Positions 25,757 to 36,927 of a DNA stretch of 49,030 bases are shown piece by piece. The notes under the pieces are model-generated. The model searched no databases, was not told where the DNA came from, and worked only from the letters and a program-made list of their open reading frames with translations. Source of the DNA: a bacterium. GTDB lineage: Bacteria; Verrucomicrobiota; Kiritimatiellia; SPBP01. The translations under genes were made by a program, and so were the position numbers. Numbering within the stretch: position 1 is the stretch's first letter; each line of letters begins with the position of its first letter. The stretch lies in assembly GCA_037134535.1 (NCBI GenBank), contig JBAXMA010000002.1:1-49030 (forward strand). The letters are read 5' to 3'.

Positions 25757-28293
25757 TTCAGTATTACCTGAGAAGGCTCTTTGTTAGTGCCCATGCACAA
25801 GGCCACGGAATGTGCGAGTTCCTCGAGTTGGCACGGTTTGGCAAGAAATCCGAGTGCTCCCAGTTGCATGCACTCAACCGCGGTTTTGTCTGTAGAGTAT
25901 CCGGATACAATTAGTATGCGGACGGCCGGGTCGATTTTCTTCATCTGGACGAATGCAGCTTTGCCATCAAGGTTAGGCATGATCATGTCAAGGATTACAA
26001 GGTCTATGTCGGAGTGATGATTTTTGAAAAATTCAACTCCGGACAGACCGTCCTGGCACAGGGAGACCGTATAGCCAAGTTTCTCGAGTGTCCTGCCCAG
26101 GAATCTGCGTACCATTTCCTCGTCATCAATAACGAGAATGCGGCCGAAACCCTGCGAGAACGCGCCGGTCTCTTCTTCATCCTCCACAGTATTGCCGACT
26201 GTGGGTAGAAGTATTGAGAATGTTGATCCCTTGCCAGGTTCGCTCTCCACGGTGATTGTTCCATGATGATTCTTGACGCATCCGAACACTGCCGCGAGCC
26301 CCAGGCCGGTTCCTTTACCGATCTGCTTCGTTGTGAAAAAGGGCTCAAAGAGGCGTTGTTGAACTTCCTTGGTCATTCCGCTGCCGGTATCACTCACCCG
26401 GATTTCCAGATATTCGCCGGGGGTGATTTCGTGGGATAAGCGTCGACAGGTTTCTTTGTCGACATTTACCATTCGCGTTGCGAAAACGAGTTTGCCGCCG
26501 CCGGGCATGGCATCGCGAGCATTTACCCCCAGATTGAGCAGCGCACCATGGATCTGGGAAGGGTCTCCCATGACAACATGCCTTGCTGCCTGCAGATCCT
26601 CACTGATCTCAATAAGCTTATCTATGCTGTGCTGAAGGAGGCTGCTGATCTCGTGGACGCACTTGTGAATATCAACTGATATTATCTGGAACTTGCCCTT
26701 GCGCGCATAGGTGAGCAATTGTTTCGTCAGTTCGCCGGCCCTCTTGGCCGCGATGACTATCTCCTGTGCCAGGATGCCGTGCTCTTTGTCATCTCTGAGG
26801 TCCATCAGGAGCAGTTGTGCGTTCCCTAGAATCGGAGCCAGTAGATTGTTCAGGTCATGTGAAACTCCCCCGGCGAGCTGGCCCATTGCCTCAAGTTTCT
26901 GGGACTGGCGGATTTGTTCATCAAGGCGCTGCCGCTCCTCCTCGAGCAGCTCTTTTTCTGTGACGTCATTGAATACGATAATTATTCTGCCGTCTCCGAC
27001 CGGCCCGGCCAGAAAATCCACATGCTTGTTTTTGCCGTCGCGTGTGCTGGTAGATAAATTAAAGCCGCCTTCCCTGGCTCCAAGATTGTGCCATCGCGAC
27101 TCAATCCGGCTGCGGTAATCTTCATCAGGAAAGATATGTTCCGCGAGGCTCCGGAGAGTCCGCGTCTCTTCAGCTTCGTAGCCGAACAGCTTGGTGAAAG
27201 CCTGGTTGCTGTAAAGAATCTCGGCATCCCAGTCCCATCCGGCCAGTACAATAGTTCCGTATGGTGTGTTACGAAGAAGCGCCAGAAGGCTTTGCTTCTC
27301 GGCCTTGAGGGCAGTAGTTGTCTTCTCCAGCTTGCGAATACTAATTGTGAGCGTAGCCGTCCGTGCGGAAATCTGACGCCTGATCAACCACAGCATGAGC
27401 AAGGCGAGGGCGAGCAGTGCCATGACGGAGGTGCCTGCTGCCGCAGCATGCCTGCCGAGAAAACCAGTGGCTCCAGTCCCGGACATCATATCGTTCGCCA
27501 GCCACTTGTGCTCCAGCTCTTTGTATTGTCCGGAGGTGATCACCATGTTCAAGCCGCTATTGAGCCGGTCCAGAAGGTCTTTTTCGCCCTTTGCCACGGC
27601 AAACCCGTAACCTGCGCGGTGGATCTGTTTGCCGACAGATTCAACCATGCTTGAAAATGGCGGTTGTCTTGCAATGTACTGGCCCGCGCCGGTTGGCAAT
27701 AGCGCGCAGTCGTAGTGACCGAATGCCACTAGGCGCAATGCGTCTTCACTGGTCTCCACCGTCACAATTCGGGCAGAGAGATTGTTTGTCCGCGCGAAAA
27801 CATCCATCTCGTCGCCTCGCTTCACTACGATTGCCTTTCCCCTGATGTCGTCCAGTGAGGAGATCGGAGACTTCTTCTGAGCGAACATCGAGTATGAAAT
27901 AAGCACGTAGGGAGTGCAAAAACTGGCTGTAGACTTCAGCTCCTCTGTCTGGAAGGTCCCGGCCAGCATTTCGAGCCCGCCAGATTTCAGCGCTGCAATG
28001 ATCTCGTCAGAGGAACCCAATCTGATGTCGATCTTCAGACCGGCAACCGACGCAACAATTCCTATCAGGTCAACATCGAAGCCTGCTGGTTTCCCTGCAG
28101 AATCCATGAAGTGGTAAGGCGGGTTATTGTAGCTTATGCCTGCGACGTAGACTTTTCCGCCCTGGTCCCGAGAGTCCGGTTGAGTCTGCGCTGGTAAAGC
28201 GCCTTCTGTCCCGAGAAATGTGACCGCTATTAATGCGGCTACGGCGGCAATGCTTCTGCCTGTGTTGAAGTAACTGCAGCGGCTCAATGGCAT
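25753..28293 (-). CDS. Hybrid sensor histidine kinase: periplasmic SBP_bac_3-like domain, TM, PAS, HisKA, HATPase_c, REC
   Basis: Solute-binding-like N-domain (YVAGISYNNPPYHFMDSAGKPAGFDVDLI...). H-box GGVSHDLNNLLAPILGNAQLL. N/G boxes LNLGVNARDAMPGGG and DTGSGM...GTGLGLA. Receiver domain ILVIDDE...DLVILDMIMPNLDG. The start may be GTG 28338 or ATG 28293. Confidence 0.85.
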   Translation of the reverse strand: MPLSRCSYFNTGRSIAAVAALIAVTFLGTEGALPAQTQPDSRDQGGKVYVAGISYNNPPYHFMDSAGKPAGFDVDLIGIVASVAGLKIDIRLGSSDEIIAALKSGGLEMLAGTFQTEELKSTASFCTPYVLISYSMFAQKKSPISSLDDIRGKAIVVKRGDEMDVFARTNNLSARIVTVETSEDALRLVAFGHYDCALLPTGAGQYIARQPPFSSMVESVGKQIHRAGYGFAVAKGEKDLLDRLNSGLNMVITSGQYKELEHKWLANDMMSGTGATGFLGRHAAAAGTSVMALLALALLMLWLIRRQISARTATLTISIRKLEKTTTALKAEKQSLLALLRNTPYGTIVLAGWDWDAEILYSNQAFTKLFGYEAEETRTLRSLAEHIFPDEDYRSRIESRWHNLGAREGGFNLSTSTRDGKNKHVDFLAGPVGDGRIIIVFNDVTEKELLEEERQRLDEQIRQSQKLEAMGQLAGGVSHDLNNLLAPILGNAQLLLMDLRDDKEHGILAQEIVIAAKRAGELTKQLLTYARKGKFQIISVDIHKCVHEISSLLQHSIDKLIEISEDLQAARHVVMGDPSQIHGALLNLGVNARDAMPGGGKLVFATRMVNVDKETCRRLSHEITPGEYLEIRVSDTGSGMTKEVQQRLFEPFFTTKQIGKGTGLGLAAVFGCVKNHHGTITVESEPGKGSTFSILLPTVGNTVEDEEETGAFSQGFGRILVIDDEEMVRRFLGRTLEKLGYTVSLCQDGLSGVEFFKNHHSDIDLVILDMIMPNLDGKAAFVQMKKIDPAVRILIVSGYSTDKTAVECMQLGALGFLAKPCQLEELAHSVALCMGTNKEPSQVILK

Positions 28294-28397
28294 TATGTAC
28301 TCATCCTGACGATATAGAGCGCAGACACGACCTTTCACTCATTAACGTGCAGTATTGTACCCGATTTGCATGGCGGCGCAATTTATTTCAGCCGCGG

Positions 28398-29321
28398 TTA
28401 ACGACCGAAGAACTTCTTGCGAATCTGTGTCCGGATATCAGGCAGTATGCCTTGTTGGATCATGAGATCGTTGAACATGACCAAAGCGTCCGCGCGTGTC
28501 AATTCTCCGCCGAACAGATCTCCCAGCAGTTTCTCTGCAAGTCTCGTGGCCAGTGCTTCCATCTGCACTTCTTTTTGCCGGGCATCCCTTGCATCCCTGA
28601 GCCTTGATTCAATTGAGTTTACGGCGCGTTCCTTTGCGAGTCTGCGCTCGTCCGGCGCGCACACGACAGTCACAGTCGCATTTATTGCTGGCGTCCCGGA
28701 GTCCTCGCCCGTACTGGGCGCTGACAGACCCTGCGGCAGGGAGATTTCGAGTTGTTCCGCTCTCGCTACTGGAAGAGACCTGTCTTGCCGATCGACCGAA
28801 TGGGGGGAGAGATCGGGTGGTGGCGGAACTGACAGGGCGGCCGGCGGTGATCCGGCATTTCTTCTCTTGAAGCCGAGAACTGCAGGCGTATCCAGACGCT
28901 TTCTAAGTCGTGGCACGTTCCTGATGAACTGGGCCCGCAAAATACGCCGTCGTGCCCCTTTGGCTCGATTTCCGTCACCGGTTGTTGCTATGGCTTTCTG
29001 GTCAACCCACGTTTGCACCGCCCGCTTAGTGGCCCCGAGGATGGCAGCGGCCTCGCCTATTCCGATTGTAGCGGAATTGATCCGGGCATCATTCTTGATA
29101 TACTCGATATCAAAAGACCACTGACCGTTATCCAGTTTTCTTGCCCATGGGGGTGGTTGCCCGCCGTGTTTTCGTGACGCCTTGTAGGCGCGAGCAATGT
29201 AGGCACAGGGATCAAGAGTGCCTGCTATGGCTTCGATATCGTTTCGCCCGATCCATGTGGTTTCCCGGGCGGATGATTTGTCTGCAACCGGTTTCGTGAC
29301 TCCTCCTTCAGTCGTTTTGAC
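28398..29321 (-). CDS. Excisionase/MerR-like HTH domain protein. Coordinates give the stop-to-stop frame; the first canonical start (GTG 29018) lies inside the HTH.
   Basis: My translation upstream of 29018 in the same frame gives ...TWIGRNDIEAIAGTLDPCAYIARAYKASRKHGGQPPPWARKLDNGQWSFDIEYIKNDARINSATIGIGEAAAILGATKRAVQTWVDQKAI.... A strong SD GAAGGAGGAG sits at 29309-29300. There is no in-frame ATG, GTG or TTG between 29321 and 29018. Confidence 0.5.
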   Translation of the reverse strand, partial: VKTTEGGVTKPVADKSSARETTWIGRNDIEAIAGTLDPCAYIARAYKASRKHGGQPPPWARKLDNGQWSFDIEYIKNDARINSATIGIGEAAAILGATKRAVQTWVDQKAIATTGDGNRAKGARRRILRAQFIRNVPRLRKRLDTPAVLGFKRRNAGSPPAALSVPPPPDLSPHSVDRQDRSLPVARAEQLEISLPQGLSAPSTGEDSGTPAINATVTVVCAPDERRLAKERAVNSIESRLRDARDARQKEVQMEALATRLAEKLLGDLFGGELTRADALVMFNDLMIQQGILPDIRTQIRKKFFGR

Positions 29322-29523
29322 TTACACGCTCGTGCTGCTCAGACGCCCATGAGCGTATCACCGGTAATTTGCTTACTGCAAATGCTTTTTGGCGGCAATG
29401 AAAAGCATGCGGATCGTCAAAGATTACGACAATCGCAGGCCCTGTTCGGTGTTGCGTTTAGGCGTAGATGCTTCTATTGTAAGAGTTACGAAGGTGAGAT
29501 ACTTGGTTTAGCGGGGGCTTTGC

Positions 29524-30792
29524 ATGGCGGACAAGTTCGACGTCAGGATTCTTGGTGTTGCTAATTTCGATTCCACGGCGGAAACAACGCTGTTTGTAGA
29601 GGATGGAGAGCGCGTGCTTGTCGACGCGACGACTTTCTCGTGCAGGGACTGTAAGCTGAATCCGCCGTCAATGGAAAGAGCAGGTCCGCGCCGGAAGGTT
29701 TTCTTTGCCCCTGGGTCAGTTCGGGCTGCGATAGTGACTTGTGGCGGACTGTGTCCCGGACTGAACGATGTGGTCCGCGCGGTAGTGATGGTGTTGTGGT
29801 ATCGGTATGGGGTTCGGGACATTCTGGGTCTCAAGTATGGGTTTGAAGGACTTGTGCCGGCGATCGGGCACAAGCCGCTTGTGTTGAATCCGGAAGTTGT
29901 GGCGGACATTCACCGCAACGGCGGGACCATACTTGGCACATCGAGAGGCGGGCAGGATCCCGGTGAAATGGTGGAGTTCCTGATACGCAGCGGGATTAAC
30001 GTGCTCTTCACCGTCGGAGGAGACGGCACCCAGCATGGCGCGCTTGTTCTTGCCAGGGAAATCGAGAGACGCAAACTTTCCATCAGTGTCATAGGCATAC
30101 CCAAGACCATAGACAATGATATTGCGTTCACGGAACGGTCTTTTGGCTTTGAAACGGCTGTGGCAGAGAGTCAGAACGCCATTGACGGCGCACATATGGA
30201 GGCGAAAGGTGTGCGCAATGGAATAGGCCTCGTAAAACTGATGGGTCGTGAAGCAGGTTTTGTTGCAGCATATGCCACGCTGGCGTCCAGCGATGTCAAT
30301 CTGGTGTTGATACCGGAGCAGGCGTTTTCCCTGGATAAAGTGATGTCTTTCCTTCAGGACCGGCTCTTGCGCAAGGCGCACGCGGTGATAGTTGTGGCTG
30401 AAGGTGCCGGGCAGGATCTGGTGGCGTCCCTGGGAGTTGACGCATCTGGAAATAAGACGCCGGGCGACATCGGCATCTATCTCAAGACGGCGATCTCGCA
30501 CCATTTTCAAAAAGCAGGTATTCCTGTCTCAGTTAAATATATTGATCCCGCGTATCTGATCCGCAGCGTGCCGGCCAATGCTGATGACTCTGTATTCTGT
30601 TTTCAGCTGGCGGGGAATGCCGTGCATGCTGCCATGTCGGGAAGGACCGCCATGGTTGTTGGTTTATGGAACGGGCAGTTCGTGCACATTCCAGTTGAGA
30701 TTGCAATTGCGACCCGCAAGAACATAGATGTGAAAAGCCTCCTCTGGCAGAGCGTGCTGGACAATACCGGCCAGCCAAAGGATCTATTGTAA
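29524..30792 (+). CDS. pfkA: 6-phosphofructokinase (PFK-A family; GGDG points to ATP dependence, with K in PKTIDND)
   Basis: Motifs GGLCPGLNDVVR, TVGGDGTQHGA, GIPKTIDNDI and MGREAGF. Confidence 0.85.
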   Translation: MADKFDVRILGVANFDSTAETTLFVEDGERVLVDATTFSCRDCKLNPPSMERAGPRRKVFFAPGSVRAAIVTCGGLCPGLNDVVRAVVMVLWYRYGVRDILGLKYGFEGLVPAIGHKPLVLNPEVVADIHRNGGTILGTSRGGQDPGEMVEFLIRSGINVLFTVGGDGTQHGALVLAREIERRKLSISVIGIPKTIDNDIAFTERSFGFETAVAESQNAIDGAHMEAKGVRNGIGLVKLMGREAGFVAAYATLASSDVNLVLIPEQAFSLDKVMSFLQDRLLRKAHAVIVVAEGAGQDLVASLGVDASGNKTPGDIGIYLKTAISHHFQKAGIPVSVKYIDPAYLIRSVPANADDSVFCFQLAGNAVHAAMSGRTAMVVGLWNGQFVHIPVEIAIATRKNIDVKSLLWQSVLDNTGQPKDLL

Positions 30793-30827
30793 GAAACAAT
30801 GAAGAAGAAAAGAAGGTGGTTTGAACA

Positions 30828-32501
<1,674 letters not shown>

Positions 32502-32552
32502 GTCTGGCTCTGAGCCAACCTGAAGATCGTGTATACTTTGGAGAAGGCAAGA

Positions 32553-33530
32553 ATGAAGGCAGGATTCATGACCAAGAGCTCTATGTTTGCAGTATGGGTG
32601 TTTGCGTGCATTGCCGTGACGGGTTGCGGGCTCCGTACCGGGGGGCCTGACGGCTCCGGCACCATTGAGTGCACACAGGTCGTGATTTCTTCGCAGACTG
32701 CCGGCCGGATTGTCAGGATTCTGTCGCAGGAAGGGGCAGCCGTCAGCAATGGTGAATTGATTGCCTCGATTGATGCGAGCGATTATGAGCTGAGACAGCG
32801 TGAGGCAAGCGCAATGCTGGCCGGAGCTCAGGCACAAATGGATCTTCTTCTGGCCGGAACAAGGGAGGAAGATGTTCAGAGGGCGCGTGAACAGGTGCGT
32901 GAAGCGCAGGCGGTTGCAGGTGCCGCCAAGGCTGATCTGGTCCGGATCGAGGAGTTGTTTAAGAAGAGTAGCGTGACCAGGAAGCAACTGGACGATACGC
33001 AAGCGCAGTCTGAACGAACGGCTGCAGCACTCTCCGGCGCAGAGCAGACTCTGGCCAGATTCCTCCACGGAAGTCGCAAAGAAGAGCTTCGTGTGGCTCA
33101 GGCCATGGTCGATCAGGTCAAAGCCCGACTGGCTCAAGCGGAAAAAGCGGTGGCGGATTGCGCCATCCATTCACCGGCGTCCGGTATTGTTACGACGCGA
33201 AGCAGGGAAGAAGGCGAGTTTGCGGGCCCTGGCACGGCCATCATCACTATCTCCCGACTCGATGATGTATGGCTTTCCATTTATGTGCCGGAGAGTCGGC
33301 TTTCGAAGGCCAAGTTCGGCAAGGCTGCCGGGGTGCGAATAGATGGCGTGGACAAGGTCTTCAAAGGCGAAGTCAGCTTCATTGCGCAGGAGGCGGAGTT
33401 CACTCCCAAAAACGTGCAAACACCGGAAGAGCGCAGCAAACTGGTCTATCGTGTTAAGATAGCACTGCGGAATCCTGATGGAATCTTCAAACCCGGCATG
33501 CCTGCCGATGGTTACCTTGACTCTCCCTGA
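32553..33530 (+). CDS. HlyD-family membrane fusion (periplasmic adaptor) protein, probable lipoprotein (YbhG-like)
   Basis: Lipobox-like AVTGC. Long coiled-coil region (EDVQRAREQVREAQA...). C-terminal FTPKNVQTPEERSKLVYRVKI motif typical of YbhG-type adaptors. ATG 32553 is preceded by GGAGAAGG. Confidence 0.8.
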   Translation: MKAGFMTKSSMFAVWVFACIAVTGCGLRTGGPDGSGTIECTQVVISSQTAGRIVRILSQEGAAVSNGELIASIDASDYELRQREASAMLAGAQAQMDLLLAGTREEDVQRAREQVREAQAVAGAAKADLVRIEELFKKSSVTRKQLDDTQAQSERTAAALSGAEQTLARFLHGSRKEELRVAQAMVDQVKARLAQAEKAVADCAIHSPASGIVTTRSREEGEFAGPGTAIITISRLDDVWLSIYVPESRLSKAKFGKAAGVRIDGVDKVFKGEVSFIAQEAEFTPKNVQTPEERSKLVYRVKIALRNPDGIFKPGMPADGYLDSP

Positions 33531-33565
33531 ATGCCCTGCAAATCAGCAATTCCGGTCGGGAGGAA

Positions 33566-34516
33566 ATGAGAACTGAATCTGATAATGTTGTGGTCCAGAC
33601 CAGGGGTTTGGCCAGATTCTTTGGCGAGATGGCTGCGGTCTCCAGTCTTGACCTTGAGGTACGGAAAGGAGAGCTGTTCGGTCTTGTGGGACCTGATGGC
33701 GCCGGCAAGAGTACTGCAATCCGTCTGCTTTGCGGAATTTTGAAGCCAACATCTGGCGAGGGCACAGTGCTGGGATGCGATCTCACCAGTCAGGTCGAGA
33801 AAATCAAGGGTCGCATCGGTTATCTGTCGCAGAACTTCACACTCTATGGCGACCTTACAGTTGATGAGAACATTGAGTTTTTCGCAGAAATTCATGGCGT
33901 TCGAAATCTGGCGGCACGCAGGAATGAGCTGCTTGATTTCACGCGACTGACACCCTTCCGGAAACGGCTTGCAAGGGCTCTCTCGGGCGGGATGAAAAAG
34001 AAACTGGCATTGGCCTGCACCCTTGTACACACACCCGATCTGATCTTTCTTGATGAGCCATCCACTGGTGTTGACCCGGTTTCCCGTGGAGAGTTCTGGA
34101 ACATTCTCAGTGATATTCTTGAACAGGGAGTGACAATTTTCATGACTTCGCCTTATCTCGATGAGGTAGAGCGATGTCACCGGATCTGTCTTATTCACCG
34201 CGGAAAGACCCTCATGTCGGGAACTCCGGAGGAAGTGAAAGCTGCATTGCCCGGCAAGGTTTATGACATCGAATGCGAGTCGCCAGCCGCTGCTTATGCT
34301 GTCCTGCGAACAAAATGGTCGTCGTCATGTCTGATGCTGTACGGCACACACCTTCATATCTGGAGCCGGAACGGGCGACCTGAAGCGATGGAGGCAGTGG
34401 CAATGGTCAACAATCATGGATCGGGGACCGCTGTGTTGCGAGAGGTGAAGCCAACTCTTGAGGATGCGCTAATCGGGCTGGTGAGTACAACGGAATCAAA
34501 GGGAGAGAATTCATGA
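33566..34516 (+). CDS. ABC transporter ATP-binding protein (ABC-2 subfamily), first of two
   Basis: Walker A GPDGAGKST, signature LSGGMKKKLALA, Walker B IFLDEPSTGVD. Confidence 0.9.
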   Translation: MRTESDNVVVQTRGLARFFGEMAAVSSLDLEVRKGELFGLVGPDGAGKSTAIRLLCGILKPTSGEGTVLGCDLTSQVEKIKGRIGYLSQNFTLYGDLTVDENIEFFAEIHGVRNLAARRNELLDFTRLTPFRKRLARALSGGMKKKLALACTLVHTPDLIFLDEPSTGVDPVSRGEFWNILSDILEQGVTIFMTSPYLDEVERCHRICLIHRGKTLMSGTPEEVKAALPGKVYDIECESPAAAYAVLRTKWSSSCLMLYGTHLHIWSRNGRPEAMEAVAMVNNHGSGTAVLREVKPTLEDALIGLVSTTESKGENS

Positions 34517-35832
34517 AACAATGCCAGCTATTTCTGGTTGTCCTGCTGCAAATTGTGCCGGGGTTGATGTTTTCTGCAGAAGAACCTGCAACGATTGATT
34601 GTGAGCAGATCGTCAGAGCTGCGGTCGAACACAGCGTTATCCTAGGAGTTTCTGATCAGGAGCTCAGGGCTGTGAAGGCTAAAGGCCGACAGGTTACTGC
34701 TCAGGGATTGCCATCCCTTGATCTGGAAATCAGGGCCGGAAGATATCAGGGTCTGGAGGACATTGTGCTGGGGCCGGTCACAATTCCATTTGTCGAAAAT
34801 CGTTATGGTGTTGCCGCATCCATTCTTCAGCCTGTCTACACGGGCAACCGCCTTTCAAGTCTGGCACAGAATTCGATTCTGCAGGAAAAGGCTGCGACCT
34901 CAGTACGTGATGGGGTTCGGGCTGATGTTGTCCTGCAGGCCCGTACTGCATACTGGGGGTGGGCCAAGGCTTTTCAAAGTCTCTCGGTTCTCGATGCTGC
35001 TGTCGCCAGGATGACGGAACATGCAGCAGACGTTCGCCATATGAATGAGGCTGGCCTAGTTACGGACAGTGAGCTGCTGGCAACGGAGGTCCTCGTTGAC
35101 AGGACGCGGCTGGCACTTGAGCAGGCGCAGCGACAGGTGGACCGTGCACGGGTGAGAATTATCTTCATAACCGGAATGGAACTGGCCTCTAATAGTGTGC
35201 CGGATTGTGTTATGCCGGATGGCATTGCGGGCATTCCTGAGGAAGGCGGTCTCCTCGGCATGGCTTTGAGCCAGCGGCCGGAGCGTACTGCCCGCGACAT
35301 AGAGGTCAGTGCTTCAAAAGAACTGGCAAAGGCCGCACGTGGTGCTCTCTATCCTCAGGCGTATCTCACTGCGCGCTACGAACAGGCTAATCCCAACCTG
35401 CTCAATATTCCACCAGTTGATGAATGGAAAGGTGATGCCTTTGTAGGAGTCTCGGTTTCGTGGAACATCTTTGATTGGGGCTTCACGCAGGCAAAAGCAG
35501 AAGAGGCCGATTCGCGAATCGCGCAGGCTAAACTGAGACTTAGGCAGCAGGAAGAGCAGATTACTCTTGAGGTCAGGGAGAATTGCATAGCTCTGCGGGA
35601 TGCACTGGAACGTGTTGCACTGTCGTCAAAAGCGCTGAAAAGCGCCAGCCTCAGTCTGGATGCCGCCAGGGATCTCTGGAAGAACGGGGTTGCCAGACAT
35701 GCAGAAGTATTGGATGCGCATGCCAGGCTGACAGAAGTGCAGTTTGAGGCAGTAGTGGCACGCGCTGATGTGATACTGGCTCGTGCAGCCCTGTCGCATG
35801 CCACGGGACAGACTGGAATGGCACAAAGATAA
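34513..35832 (+). CDS. TolC-family outer-membrane efflux protein
   Basis: Signal peptide, two OEP-type repeats, length about 440 aa. The start overlaps the upstream stop (ATGA). Confidence 0.8.
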   Translation: MKQCQLFLVVLLQIVPGLMFSAEEPATIDCEQIVRAAVEHSVILGVSDQELRAVKAKGRQVTAQGLPSLDLEIRAGRYQGLEDIVLGPVTIPFVENRYGVAASILQPVYTGNRLSSLAQNSILQEKAATSVRDGVRADVVLQARTAYWGWAKAFQSLSVLDAAVARMTEHAADVRHMNEAGLVTDSELLATEVLVDRTRLALEQAQRQVDRARVRIIFITGMELASNSVPDCVMPDGIAGIPEEGGLLGMALSQRPERTARDIEVSASKELAKAARGALYPQAYLTARYEQANPNLLNIPPVDEWKGDAFVGVSVSWNIFDWGFTQAKAEEADSRIAQAKLRLRQQEEQITLEVRENCIALRDALERVALSSKALKSASLSLDAARDLWKNGVARHAEVLDAHARLTEVQFEAVVARADVILARAALSHATGQTGMAQR

Positions 35833-35888
35833 GTTATTTTTTGGGGAGTCACTCCCGGCGGGCTTGTCCCGCCGAAGCGGGAATTCAG

Positions 35889-35916
35889 GCTCCTGCCGGG
35901 TAAACCGGCAGGGAGC
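35889..35916 (+). other. Strong intergenic hairpin (11 bp with one bulge, 5-nt loop) between tolC and the second ABC ATPase gene
   Basis: GCTCCTGCCGG-GTAAA-CCGGCAGGGAGC, read directly. A second 7-bp GC stem CGGCGGG-CTTGT-CCCGCCG lies at 35856-35874. Confidence 0.7.
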
Positions 35917-35946
35917 ACGATAGACCGAGAGCCTGGAATAAGAGCA

Positions 35947-36927
35947 ATGAAGCCTTTTGAAAGTAATAACGCAGCAATTCACGCAGAAGGATTGACGAAG
36001 AAGTTCGGCTCTTTCACTGCTGCTGACCGGATCACCTTCAGTGTCGGACGGGGAGAGATATTCGGCCTTCTTGGGCCGAACGGGGCGGGCAAGTCAACGA
36101 CAATCCGGATGCTATGCGGGCTGCTGGAGTCAACGTCTGGTACTGCGCGGGTGGGCGGTTTTGACATTAACAGGGAACCTGAGAAGATCCGGCAGAATCT
36201 TGGCTACATGTCCCAGAAATTCAGCCTGTACAAAGATCTGACAGTGGCTGAGAACATTGAATTCTTTGGTGGAGTGTATGGTCTTGAAGGTGTGCGCCTG
36301 CGTGAGCGGATGAAAGCAGTTATTGCCATGGCCGGTCTTGGCGGCAAGGAGGGTCAGTTGGCCGGCTTTCTCTCCGGGGCAACGCAGCAGAGTCTTGCCC
36401 TTGGATGTGCGATTCTGCACGAACCTCAGATATTGTTTCTCGATGAACCCACTAGTGGTGTTGATCCAATTTCAAGGAGGCACTTCTGGGACTTGATCCA
36501 CGACATGGTTTCGAGAGGCGTTACGGTGCTTATCACGACTCATTTCATGGACGAAGCGGAGTTCTGCAGCCGGATTGGCCTTGTCAGCGGCGGCGTACTG
36601 GTAGCGCTCGATACGCCGGCGGCAATCAAGAGTGAAGCAGTGGATGAGGACCTCTTTGAGTTGGCCAGTCTCTCTCTCCGCAAAGCCAGACAGGCGGCGG
36701 AAACCCTGCCAGGAGTTGTTTCAATCGCATATTTCGGTGACCGGCTCCACATCTTCTGCAGACGTGGTTACTACGATGAACCGAACCTGACCAGGGCTGT
36801 TACCAGTCTGGCTGTGGAAGTCCAGTCGATACGCCGTGCTGATGTGACACTTGAAGACGCTTTTGTACGCATAGTGCAGCAGCAATCAATTGCACCATCG
36901 GGTGCGGGCAAGCCGGTGGCTTCGTGA
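35947..36927 (+). CDS. ABC transporter ATP-binding protein (ABC-2 subfamily), second of two
   Basis: Walker A GPNGAGKST, variant signature LSGATQQSLALG, Walker B LFLDEPTSGVD. Confidence 0.9.
   Translation: MKPFESNNAAIHAEGLTKKFGSFTAADRITFSVGRGEIFGLLGPNGAGKSTTIRMLCGLLESTSGTARVGGFDINREPEKIRQNLGYMSQKFSLYKDLTVAENIEFFGGVYGLEGVRLRERMKAVIAMAGLGGKEGQLAGFLSGATQQSLALGCAILHEPQILFLDEPTSGVDPISRRHFWDLIHDMVSRGVTVLITTHFMDEAEFCSRIGLVSGGVLVALDTPAAIKSEAVDEDLFELASLSLRKARQAAETLPGVVSIAYFGDRLHIFCRRGYYDEPNLTRAVTSLAVEVQSIRRADVTLEDAFVRIVQQQSIAPSGAGKPVAS

Noticed and set aside
28417-29124. 235-aa ORF on the plus strand
   Set aside because: The translation is S/A/R-rich low complexity. The opposite strand encodes a recognisable HTH and a plausible C-terminal domain, so I treat this as an antisense artefact.
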